Of a stretch of DNA of 32,000 nucleotides, positions 9,180-16,966 are shown piece by piece (positions within the stretch are counted from its first letter, which is position 1; every line of letters starts with the position of its first letter). The stretch comes from Candidatus Iainarchaeum sp. (GTDB lineage Archaea > Iainarchaeota > Iainarchaeia > Iainarchaeales > CSSED10-239). A program made the translations under genes and the position numbers. Below the pieces are notes generated by a model. That model did no database searches and was not told the origin of the DNA. It was given only the letters and a program-made list of their open reading frames with translations. The stretch is taken from contig JBBISB010000001.1 in the NCBI GenBank assembly GCA_037441475.1, positions 306,418 to 338,417 of the forward strand, given 5' to 3'.

Positions 9180-9566
9180 ATGGTTGATCAATCACAAAAC
9201 GTTTACCAAGATATTAAGGCCTTACAATCAAGTTTATTGGTTTTAAGACAGAAGCTTAAGTATCTTGTGCATAACGAAAAAATACTTGGAAGAAACATTC
9301 TTGTTTTAAATAAGAAAATTGCATCAAACAATAGCTCTGGTTCACAAGATTCCTTTGCTTCTAGCGAGAAGGTTGAAGCTATCTTTTCAAAGCTTGAAGA
9401 ACTTGAAAGTAGGATGAAAGGGATTGAGTCTAATTTAGAGATGTTTTCAAAAAGATATGCAAGAGCTGAAGACTTAAAGGAAATGAAATATATTGTAGAT
9501 AACATTAATCCTTTAGAGTACACTACTATTGATCAAGTTAAAAAAATTATAAAAGATGAAAAATAA
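9180..9566 (+). CDS. Coiled-coil protein of unknown function
   Basis: 128-aa ORF with heptad-like patterning; start of a tightly spaced three-gene unit. Confidence 0.65.
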   Translation: MVDQSQNVYQDIKALQSSLLVLRQKLKYLVHNEKILGRNILVLNKKIASNNSSGSQDSFASSEKVEAIFSKLEELESRMKGIESNLEMFSKRYARAEDLKEMKYIVDNINPLEYTTIDQVKKIIKDEK

Positions 9567-9892
9567 TGTCAGATATTAATAAAAAATGGAATCACACTCA
9601 ATGCCCTCTTGGAAAGCTTAGAGATCGTCTTGAGGATAAAAGAAGAAAAGGCACACTTACTTCTGCAGAAAAAATAACTTTGAATAACCTTACAATTGAT
9701 TTTTTAAAGGATATGATAAAGCTTAACAAAGGAGATACTTATTTTATTGATCAAATGATTACAGAAATTAAAAGAATTGAAAAAGAAAATTTAAAGAATC
9801 AAAATGAAATTAAAGAAAAAAATGAACGTCGCCTTAAAAAAAAAGAAGAAAAACCAAGAGTCAAGCATTTAAGAAAAGGTCCTAAAAAATAA
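9566..9892 (+). CDS. Small charged protein of unknown function
   Basis: 108-aa ORF overlapping the preceding stop (TAATG); Lys/Glu-rich C-terminus. Confidence 0.65.
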   Translation: MSDINKKWNHTQCPLGKLRDRLEDKRRKGTLTSAEKITLNNLTIDFLKDMIKLNKGDTYFIDQMITEIKRIEKENLKNQNEIKEKNERRLKKKEEKPRVKHLRKGPKK

Positions 9893-9908
9893 AAGTAATT
9901 GATGTAGT

Positions 9909-10247
9909 ATGGATCTTAAAAAACATGATATTTTTTTAAATAAAAAAAAAATAGAAGAAGAAAAAGAAAGACTATTTTTAAGAATAAAAAAGCTTGAAAG
10001 TAAGATTGAAAAGCACAAAGCCTCACCAGTAAAGATTATTGAACATAATACAATTAAAATTGGTCTTTTAAAAGAAGTTATTAAGACATGTACTGATCAA
10101 AAAAAGATAAATCAATCTCTTAGAAAGATTAGAGATTTAAAACTTGAGAGTATAAAAAATAAAGAACATCTTGAAAGAGCTAGAGATGCAAATAAAATTA
10201 AAATAAAAAATCAAAAGAAAATATTAAAAGTTTCTAAAAAAAAATAA
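9909..10247 (+). CDS. Small Lys/Glu-rich coiled-coil protein
   Basis: 112-aa ORF, 16 nt after the previous gene. Confidence 0.6.
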   Translation: MDLKKHDIFLNKKKIEEEKERLFLRIKKLESKIEKHKASPVKIIEHNTIKIGLLKEVIKTCTDQKKINQSLRKIRDLKLESIKNKEHLERARDANKIKIKNQKKILKVSKKK

Positions 10248-10250
10248 ATT

Positions 10251-10805
10251 TTATTTAAAACTATTTCTTAAAAACAAATAATATGTACCAATAACAATCA
10301 GTATTAAAAATAACCTAAACAAGAAGCCATGGAAAAAATCAGCTACTTGTAAGCTTAAGGAATCAACTAAAAAGATTGTAAAGGTTATTCTTAAGAGATT
10401 AAAAAGTATAACCACTAAAGAAGATATTAAAACCCATTTTATCTTCTGCCTTACAGAAACACCAATGTTAGCAACAATTGCACTAAAGATTAAAGAAAAT
10501 TCTAATATTCCTGTGCATAAGAAGACTATAGCTATAGGATAGTCAATGGTAGGAACTATTATGAAGGTTGCTTTCTCTATAAAATCATAATAAAAGGTAG
10601 AAGGTATATTATAAAAAATATTTAAAAGGCTACTTGAAAAAGAACCATAAAAATAGTTTATGAAATAATAGATTAATGTCTTTGATAAGATTAAATAGAC
10701 TATTAAAAATGAGATTATAAAATAAGATAAGAAATAAAAAGAATCTTTAACTTTCTTTTTATTTTTAAAATCTTTTTTTAAATTTCTAAAATAGTTTTTA
10801 AGCAT
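10251..10805 (-). CDS. Exosortase/archaeosortase-family membrane protein
   Basis: Multi-TM protein with candidate catalytic triad in the right order: Cys in FLCTGILE, Arg in FNLLRI, His in DFFHGFLFR. Confidence 0.72.
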   Translation of the reverse strand: MLKNYFRNLKKDFKNKKKVKDSFYFLSYFIISFLIVYLILSKTLIYYFINYFYGSFSSSLLNIFYNIPSTFYYDFIEKATFIIVPTIDYPIAIVFLCTGILEFSLIFSAIVANIGVSVRQKIKWVLISSLVVILFNLLRITFTIFLVDSLSLQVADFFHGFLFRLFLILIVIGTYYLFLRNSFK

Positions 10806-10815
10806 ATATTAAAAT

Positions 10816-11211
10816 CTATTTTATTAAAACAGCAGTTACTTGTCCAGTTTGACCTGGTCTTGAAGTTACTTTTGCTTTATGTTCTTTACCGTTTATATCA
10901 ACAATGATAATTGAACCTTTTGTAATTATTTTTTGTCTTACAAACTGTTTATTTGCATTGTTTTCTACAACGTTTAAAACTTTAGCTTTAAAAGTTTTTT
11001 CTTTATCTGAAATTAAAACGTTTGAAGCTTTTGTTATTTTTAATTTAACATTACCGCCTCTTGTTTTTTCAGTATGTTTTTTATCTTTTGCATCAACAGT
11101 GGTTTTTGAAAAAGTTCCACCCTTATCACTTAAGGATTTTGTTTTAGCATTAACAGCATTGTTAATTCCGCCTGTTGCTTTTCTTTTTGATGTTTTAATC
11201 CACTCAACCAT
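10816..11211 (-). CDS. rps8e: Ribosomal protein eS8
   Basis: KRKATGG...GNVKLKITKASNV...ENNANKQFVRQKIITKGSIIIVD...AKVTSRPGQTGQVTAVLI. Confidence 0.93.
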   Translation of the reverse strand: MVEWIKTSKRKATGGINNAVNAKTKSLSDKGGTFSKTTVDAKDKKHTEKTRGGNVKLKITKASNVLISDKEKTFKAKVLNVVENNANKQFVRQKIITKGSIIIVDINGKEHKAKVTSRPGQTGQVTAVLIK

Positions 11212-11275
11212 TTTGTGTTCAACTCCTTTTTTAAATATCAGTATATTTTTAAACTAAATTATTTATAATTATAAT

Positions 11276-11788
11276 ATGACAGACTCATTTAAGGTACTAA
11301 AAAAAAGCTATCATATCAAAAATATATATTGCTCTATAGATATTAATAATATAGAAAAATATTTAAAAAGAATTGAAATGCTTGAAAAAGCCATAAAACC
11401 TAAAATCCAGGTGATTTTGGTTCCAGACACCCTTGTTTACAGTGAAAATCAGCTAAAATGGGGTATTTTTATAGGTAAAAACAGGTTTTTGGATAAGCTT
11501 AATATCTCAAAGAAACTATTTACTGAAAGTTTAATGATTCTCTCCCTTACAAACCAAATTAATGGAGTATCTAAAGAATGGTTTTTAAAGGAAGGTAAAA
11601 ATAACTGCTATTTATGTGTTTTAAGTGAAGGGAAAATACCTTTAGACAAAATAAAAAAAGAACTTGAGATAACAGAGATTAAAAAAAAGAAAGTTGATGA
11701 TAAAAGAATAATTAATTTTTATAAAATCAAAGATAAAAAAAATATTGAAGAAGAGATTATTAAAAAAATGGCACTCTCTTTATTTTAG
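11276..11788 (+). CDS. Probable KEOPS subunit Cgi121 homolog
   Basis: Central FTESLMILSLTNQINGVSKEWFLKEGKNNCYLCVLSEG and C-terminal NIEEEIIKKMALSLF follow the archaeal Cgi121 layout (E(i/s)L...QI..a....G.k.....l.l....E...ekmAL). Confidence 0.6.
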   Translation: MTDSFKVLKKSYHIKNIYCSIDINNIEKYLKRIEMLEKAIKPKIQVILVPDTLVYSENQLKWGIFIGKNRFLDKLNISKKLFTESLMILSLTNQINGVSKEWFLKEGKNNCYLCVLSEGKIPLDKIKKELEITEIKKKKVDDKRIINFYKIKDKKNIEEEIIKKMALSLF

Positions 11789-11792
11789 AAAA

Positions 11793-12437
11793 TTAAAATT
11801 CTCTTTCAAAAAGATATTTTATTTTTTCTGCTTTCTTCCTGCCAAGCATAGAAACTTTTGTTAAGTCTTCTATCGACGCATTTGAAATATTTTTAATAGA
11901 CTTAAACTCCTTTAAAACTGATTTTGCAAGAGTTGGGCCTACATCAGGAAAAGACTGCATTATAAATAACTGCCAATCAGAACCTGACATTTTTGTTTTT
12001 GAATATCTTAACTTAGAATCATTTCCATTACCATTTGAGATTTGTTCTTTCTTTGCCATTATATAAAGAAAGAGAGCAGTTTCTTTTTGATTTTTTGTAA
12101 AAAAGATTGGCACTCTATAGTTAAGGCCAATAGAGGTTAAAAGACCAATAATTGCCTTACCATTTATTCTTTTACTTGCATAAAGTTTAGAGGCTTCTCC
12201 CTCAACTATTAAGGCAGACCTTTTTATTGCAGAAAGATCTTGTAGTTGAGAAAAAATTCTCCCGTCAATTATTGAGGTTTCTAGATCAGATAAAGTTTTT
12301 CTTTCAATAACAATGTCTTCTGAGATTTGATAGTCTCCTACACTTAATTGTTCCATTAAAAGATTCACCTTTATATCAATTAGAAGAAAGAGAGGAAAGC
12401 TCTGATAAAACAGAAGAGGCATTCTCTCTATGATCAC
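11793..12437 (-). CDS. ERCC4/XPF-type nuclease domain plus HhH (Hef nuclease half); N-terminal DxRE segment is out of frame
   Basis: LSVGDYQISEDIVIERKTLSDLETSIIDGRIFSQLQDL..IVEGEASKL; HhH region QSFPDVGPTLAKSVLKEFKSIKNISNASIEDLTKVSMLGRKKAEKI. Confidence 0.9.
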   Translation of the reverse strand: MIIERMPLLFYQSFPLFLLIDIKVNLLMEQLSVGDYQISEDIVIERKTLSDLETSIIDGRIFSQLQDLSAIKRSALIVEGEASKLYASKRINGKAIIGLLTSIGLNYRVPIFFTKNQKETALFLYIMAKKEQISNGNGNDSKLRYSKTKMSGSDWQLFIMQSFPDVGPTLAKSVLKEFKSIKNISNASIEDLTKVSMLGRKKAEKIKYLFEREF

Positions 12438-12465
12438 AAATAAGGTTTATTTCTTTGGAAGGCAT
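12376..12465 (-). CDS. Out-of-frame N-terminal exon-like fragment of the ERCC4 nuclease (MPSKEINLICDHRENASSVLSELSSLSSN*)
   Basis: Manual translation; contains the canonical D-x-R-E motif of XPF/Hef nucleases and continues into the downstream ORF after a +1 shift. Confidence 0.75.
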   Translation of the reverse strand: MPSKEINLICDHRENASSVLSELSSLSSN

Positions 12466-12509
12466 ACTCTTTCACACTATATATTTTCTATAAATAATTT
12501 TAAAAAAAA

Positions 12510-12968
12510 TCACAACAACTTATCTCTTAAAAGACCACCGTGATAATAACCAATATACACAGTTTTTCCTTTAAAGTCAATTCTTTCTTTACCATTAAAC
12601 TCCTCAATAAAACCAGAGGTGTCTGAAAAATATTCATAATCATCTTCTCTAAAGATATTAGGACCTCTTAAAGGAAATCTTTTTTCAACATTAAGGAGAG
12701 CTTTCTTTAAGAAAGAATAAACTTCTTTCTCTGAGATTAAATGATCTTTTATCTGGCCATAATAGTTCATGGACCAAATGGCCTTAGAGTCTTTAAAAAT
12801 AATCTCTTGACCTGAAAAAGGATTATGACCGTAATATCTATCTACGTAAGTTAAAGAAGAACTTTCAAAAATTAATTCCTTAGAACCATCTTTGTTAAGC
12901 TTATCTGACATACGAGAAGAGGCATAGGTGTTTTTCTTAGCTTCGATTATAAAGTCTATTAAATCCAT
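12510..12968 (-). CDS. DUF5680-like domain protein
   Basis: FIIEAKKNTYAS..., YVDRYYGHNPFSGQEIIFKDSKAIWSMNYYG, FLKKALL...PLRGPNIFRE, GKTVYIGYYHGG pattern. Confidence 0.75.
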   Translation of the reverse strand: MDLIDFIIEAKKNTYASSRMSDKLNKDGSKELIFESSSLTYVDRYYGHNPFSGQEIIFKDSKAIWSMNYYGQIKDHLISEKEVYSFLKKALLNVEKRFPLRGPNIFREDDYEYFSDTSGFIEEFNGKERIDFKGKTVYIGYYHGGLLRDKLL

Positions 12969-12987
12969 ACTTAATCACAACTTTTTT

Positions 12988-14574
12988 TTAAAAATCTCCA
13001 ATATTCTTTTGAATCTTTTTTTTTCTTGTTGACTTTTCTAAAGAATCGCTTGTAAAATTTAAAAGGTTTTTTTTCATAACTGATTCTTTCTTTAAAGAAA
13101 CATAATAATAATGTTCATCTATTGTATCTTTGTTTAAAAGCATTACAACCTTACCAGCATTAAACCTACCTGTCCTTCCTCTTCTCTGTATTGCCCTTAT
13201 CTCTGAAGGAACAGCATCGTAAAAGATAACTAAGTCAACAGAAGGAATGTCAAGACCCTCTTCACCAACTGAAGTACATACTAAAACATTGTATACCCCT
13301 TCTCTAAAGTCTTTGATGATTAAAGATTGTTCTTTTTGAGACAATCCTTTATCTTCTTCCTTAGATGCTTGTCCAACAAATCTTGCAGCATTTACTTTAG
13401 GAAGTTCATTTAAAAAGTTTGTAATGTTTTGAGCATTATCTCTAAAGTTATTAAAGATCAATATCTTTGAAGCCTTATTTTCTTTAAAATACTCTTTTAC
13501 AATCTCAAGGATTTCTTTCTCCTTTGAATAAATATCTTTTTTAACATCTAGATTTATAAGAAGCCTATACACCTCTAATATTTCTTTAGAGTTTACAAAC
13601 TGGGAGATGGTTCTTGTAACTTTTGAGCCTTTTGAATCCTTAAATATTTTTTCAAGATAATTTCTTAAAGCCAAATACCCTTGTGTTTCTATAAGCTCCT
13701 TTGCATGATGAGCTTTTAAGGCTAAGGAAACATTTATAAGAGCTACAAAGTTAATTGAGTTTTTAGAAGACTCAAGCCTTTTAAACAACTGCTGCTGAAC
13801 CATTAATATTTGTTTTTTTGTATAGTTTGCAGATATTGAAAGATTAAGTTTTCTTAAAAGATTTATTTTTGTAAAAATAAAATCATCTAAAAGCTTAGAT
13901 ATTTTTTTCGAAAGAGGATCAAGTTCAGTAAAAATAGTTTCAACCTCAACATCTTTAACATAATCAATAACATCTATGTCTTTACTACTCTTAATCTCAA
14001 TGTGCTTTATCTTTAAGTTATTTGACACCTCTTTAATCTTTTGTTTATTATGACCAGGAGATGCTGTTAAAGCTAAACGTTTTATATTTTCAGAAAAGAA
14101 AGAAGATATAGAAACATAAGCATACTCTCCAACAGCTCTATGTGCTTCATCAAAAATAATTAAATTGAAATCATCTTCTTTTAAAAGATTGTTTTTAATA
14201 TCATTATCAATTGTTTGTGGAGTTGCACAGATAATAAGTCCTTTCTCTGAATAGATTGATTTTCTTTTTTCAGAAGGAATCTGTCCTGTTAAAAGAATTA
14301 TTTTTTCAGAAGCAATATTTAAAACTTTTTCTAAAGATTTTTGATGCTGAGCTACCAGTGGCTTTGTGGGTGCCATAAAAATAATTGATTTATCTGGTTT
14401 GTAGATAAACCCAATAAGTAAAACCGCAATAATTGTTTTTCCAAGCCCAGTTGGAGCTACAACTAAAACACTCTCATCTATTGCCTTTGCTGTCAATAGC
14501 TCTTGATACAATCTTTTTTCCACTGTATTTTTTTTTATATGTGGAAAAGAGATGTACTTATCTGTATTTTGCAT
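12988..14574 (-). CDS. Hef/FANCM-like superfamily 2 helicase (helicase half only)
   Basis: VVAPTGLGKTIIAV (Walker A), MAPTKPLVAQH, IIFDEAHRAVG (DEAH), ALTASPG, LVCTSVGEEGLDIPSVDLVIFYDAVPSEIRAIQRRGRTGR. Confidence 0.95.
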   Translation of the reverse strand: MQNTDKYISFPHIKKNTVEKRLYQELLTAKAIDESVLVVAPTGLGKTIIAVLLIGFIYKPDKSIIFMAPTKPLVAQHQKSLEKVLNIASEKIILLTGQIPSEKRKSIYSEKGLIICATPQTIDNDIKNNLLKEDDFNLIIFDEAHRAVGEYAYVSISSFFSENIKRLALTASPGHNKQKIKEVSNNLKIKHIEIKSSKDIDVIDYVKDVEVETIFTELDPLSKKISKLLDDFIFTKINLLRKLNLSISANYTKKQILMVQQQLFKRLESSKNSINFVALINVSLALKAHHAKELIETQGYLALRNYLEKIFKDSKGSKVTRTISQFVNSKEILEVYRLLINLDVKKDIYSKEKEILEIVKEYFKENKASKILIFNNFRDNAQNITNFLNELPKVNAARFVGQASKEEDKGLSQKEQSLIIKDFREGVYNVLVCTSVGEEGLDIPSVDLVIFYDAVPSEIRAIQRRGRTGRFNAGKVVMLLNKDTIDEHYYYVSLKKESVMKKNLLNFTSDSLEKSTRKKKIQKNIGDF

Positions 14575-14617
14575 ACTATATAATATAGAATAAATAGTTT
14601 ATATATTTATTGAAAGG

Positions 14618-14631
14618 AGAAGACCGAGAAA
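14618..14631. repeat. 14-bp intergenic repeat copy 1 (AGAAGACCGAGAAA)
   Basis: Exact sequence match to 14910..14923. Confidence 0.85.
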
Positions 14632-14632
14632 A

Positions 14633-14821
14633 TCAATTAAAATGACTATTATTAATTAATTTAACTTCATTACAAATAGATAATAAATGATTAGATAAAA
14701 AGAAATTTCTAGATTTATTAATTAAACAATATAATATTACCTTTACATCTTTTTTTAAATAAGCATTATCTATAAAAATAATTAAATTATCTTTTAAGTC
14801 CATAAATAGTTCATCCAACAC
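14633..14821 (-). CDS. Possible small protein (62 aa, GTG start), doubtful
   Basis: Open frame with an upstream TATA-like element (ATATTTATAAAT); no recognisable family. Confidence 0.2.
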   Translation of the reverse strand: MLDELFMDLKDNLIIFIDNAYLKKDVKVILYCLINKSRNFFLSNHLLSICNEVKLINNSHFN

Positions 14822-14909
14822 CTTGTCCTATTGCAAGAACTTTATAACAGTGTTGGGGCTTATTTATAAATATATGTGTTTAAAAAATATTTAAAAAACT
14901 ATCTAAACT

Positions 14910-14923
14910 AGAAGACCGAGAAA
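14910..14923. repeat. 14-bp intergenic repeat copy 2 (AGAAGACCGAGAAA)
   Basis: Exact sequence match to 14618..14631. Confidence 0.85.
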
Positions 14924-15036
14924 GAATAAAAATAAAAAGAAAAGAATAAGTTTATTTTCTTTATTTTAAAAAAAAATAAACCTAAACTTTTGTAATGTTA
15001 ATAAAAAAGAAAAGGTTTTAAAGTTTTAAAAAAACC

Positions 15037-15324
15037 TTAACCGAAAAGAGAACCTAAACCTTCAGCAGCTGATTCTTCTGAAACTTCAATTTCTTCTACT
15101 TTTTCTTCTTTCTTAACTTCAGCAACAGGACCTGCAGCAGCTACTGGCATAGATGCTTTTTCTATAGCTTCAGCTACGTTGATATCCTTTAATGAAGCTA
15201 AAAGACCTTTTAATTTACCTTCATCAACTGATATTCCAGCACTTGTTAAAACTGCTTTAACATTTGCATCGTTAATTTCTTTTTTTGCGTTGTGTAATAA
15301 TAAAACTGCATAGATATAATCCAT
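15037..15324 (-). CDS. rpl12: Ribosomal stalk protein P1/L12 (archaeal)
   Basis: MDYIYAVLLLHNAKKEINDANVKAVLTSAGI...EVSEESAAEGLGSLFG; SD GAGGTG upstream. Confidence 0.96.
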   Translation of the reverse strand: MDYIYAVLLLHNAKKEINDANVKAVLTSAGISVDEGKLKGLLASLKDINVAEAIEKASMPVAAAGPVAEVKKEEKVEEIEVSEESAAEGLGSLFG

Positions 15325-15375
15325 ACTAATTCACCTCTTATTTATAATTTTTTTATTTAAAAGAAAAAAGGAAAA

Positions 15376-16140
15376 TTAATTTCCTTTTCCTTCAACCTCT
15401 TTTTCTAAGGCTTTTGCTCTTAACTCTGCCATGATAATCATTGGCTCAATTGTAAGGTCTGTTGCATATCCTGCTTCAACACCTAAGTTAATAGCTTGTC
15501 TTACTGCCATTATGAAGTTATTATATATTGTTTCAGCATCAACATCTAAAACTTCCTTTGAATAAACAATACCGTCTTCTTTGATAAAGACAACATCTAA
15601 TATTAATTCAACAGGTTTAATGTCAAGCTTTGCTAAGATACTTACAATATCTTCATTAATAACATCTCCTTCTTTTGCAATAACAGTGTCTTTAGTCACA
15701 TGTATTGTAGCTCCTTTAACTTGAGCCTTAATACCAACTTTTTTAAGATCTGAAAGTGCAGGACCAGGTGCAAGACCAGTATCTCCTTCAGGAACAACAA
15801 TATCAATTGGTGATAACATACCAACCTTTGCTTTAGATCTTGATTTATTTTTCTTAATAGAAGAATAAATTTCAAAAGCATTTTGGTTTGATAAAATCAA
15901 TATTGGTTGATTAGGTAATTTTTCAATCATATCTTTTTGATTTACTTTTTCAAGTGCCATCTTTAAGATATTTCTATTTGTTACCTTGAAGTGTATATCA
16001 GGAGTGTTCTTTCTTAACTTATGAAGTAATGCTGATGGAAAATTATTTAAGTCACCAATACCGATTGTTTGGTACTTACTTATAAGATCAGTAATACTGC
16101 CAAGTTCTTTTAATCTCCATGCTTTAAGATGTTTACTCAT
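15376..16140 (-). CDS. rpl10: Ribosomal protein uL10 (P0), apparently short at the C-terminus
   Basis: HLKAWRLKELGSITDLISKY...LAPGPALSDLKKVGIKAQVKGATIHVTKDTVIAKEGDVI; start trimmed to ATG at 16140, after SD GGAGGTG. Confidence 0.94.
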   Translation of the reverse strand: MSKHLKAWRLKELGSITDLISKYQTIGIGDLNNFPSALLHKLRKNTPDIHFKVTNRNILKMALEKVNQKDMIEKLPNQPILILSNQNAFEIYSSIKKNKSRSKAKVGMLSPIDIVVPEGDTGLAPGPALSDLKKVGIKAQVKGATIHVTKDTVIAKEGDVINEDIVSILAKLDIKPVELILDVVFIKEDGIVYSKEVLDVDAETIYNNFIMAVRQAINLGVEAGYATDLTIEPMIIMAELRAKALEKEVEGKGN

Positions 16141-16141
16141 T

Positions 16142-16798
16142 TTATAAAGCACCTCCTACCTTAACAGGTGCACTCATAGTTGTTTTAAAAAGTATATCTT
16201 TAACATTCTGTTTACCATTTGGAAGTTTTTCTACAAGTGAGTTTAAAACTGCTAATGTATTTTCAGAAATATCAGCTGTAGTTTGACTTTTCTTTCCAAT
16301 CTTAAGCATTATAGAAACAGAAGATTTACTTTTTTTATTAGTAACTTTTACTTTTGTTAATTGAGCAGCAATTAATCCTTTAACAGCTTGCTCTGCTGGT
16401 GGCATAACAATAGGCATCTTACCTCTAGGACTTAAAACTTGTCCTAAAAACTTTCCTACTGTAAGCATTGCAGGTCCTTCTGCTAAAATTAAATCATGCT
16501 CGTTTGCAAGTTTCTTTGCATCTTTTTTTGATATTTTAGATATTTCTTCATCTGAAATAACTTTATCCACAATTCCTTTCAAAGACTCTAAATATTGTTT
16601 ATTCTTTACAAATGCCAATGTTTTTATCTTTGTTACGAATGGATGTGGTATTGTTACAAAATATTCAAACCTATGATCTTTATTTTTAACATTCATATTT
16701 TTGAAAGTAACAACAAGATCAACTGACTCATCAAAATTTCTTTTCTTTAATGTGGAGAAAAGAGTCTGGAGAGTAGTATCTAATGTTTTTTTATCCAT
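16142..16798 (-). CDS. rpl1: Ribosomal protein uL1
   Basis: NVKNKDHRFEYFVTIPHP...LAEGPAMLTVGKFLGQVLSPRGKMPIVMPP; SD AGGAGGTG upstream. Confidence 0.96.
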   Translation of the reverse strand: MDKKTLDTTLQTLFSTLKKRNFDESVDLVVTFKNMNVKNKDHRFEYFVTIPHPFVTKIKTLAFVKNKQYLESLKGIVDKVISDEEISKISKKDAKKLANEHDLILAEGPAMLTVGKFLGQVLSPRGKMPIVMPPAEQAVKGLIAAQLTKVKVTNKKSKSSVSIMLKIGKKSQTTADISENTLAVLNSLVEKLPNGKQNVKDILFKTTMSAPVKVGGAL

Positions 16799-16966
16799 AC
16801 TTACATAGCACCTCCTGCTCTTTTAAGCAGTTATAACGGTTTTTTTTAAAAATATTTTAAAACTATTTTTAGAAAATAGTCTTAAAGTTTATAATATAAT
16901 AAAGGAGAGAAGTGTTTTTAAATGTATATTTTTAAGAAAAAAAAGAAGATTTTTATTTCTAAAAAT

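Noticed and set aside
9203-9523. 106-aa minus ORF antisense to the coiled-coil gene
   Set aside because: The plus-strand ORF fits an operon with stop/start coupling; the antisense composition looks like a mirrored artefact.
10904-11257. Plus-strand ORF antisense to eS8
   Set aside because: Antisense to a conserved ribosomal protein.
14680-14720. Possible C/D box sRNA from AATGATTAGAT near 14690
   Set aside because: C-box match is weak and no paired D/D'/C' boxes with proper spacing are visible.
15696-15881. 61-aa minus ORF within uL10
   Set aside because: Alternative frame of a conserved gene.
16141-16152. Upstream start for uL10 at 16152 (MLYK prefix)
   Set aside because: It falls inside the GGAGGTG Shine-Dalgarno; the ATG at 16140 (MSKHLKAW) has proper spacing.
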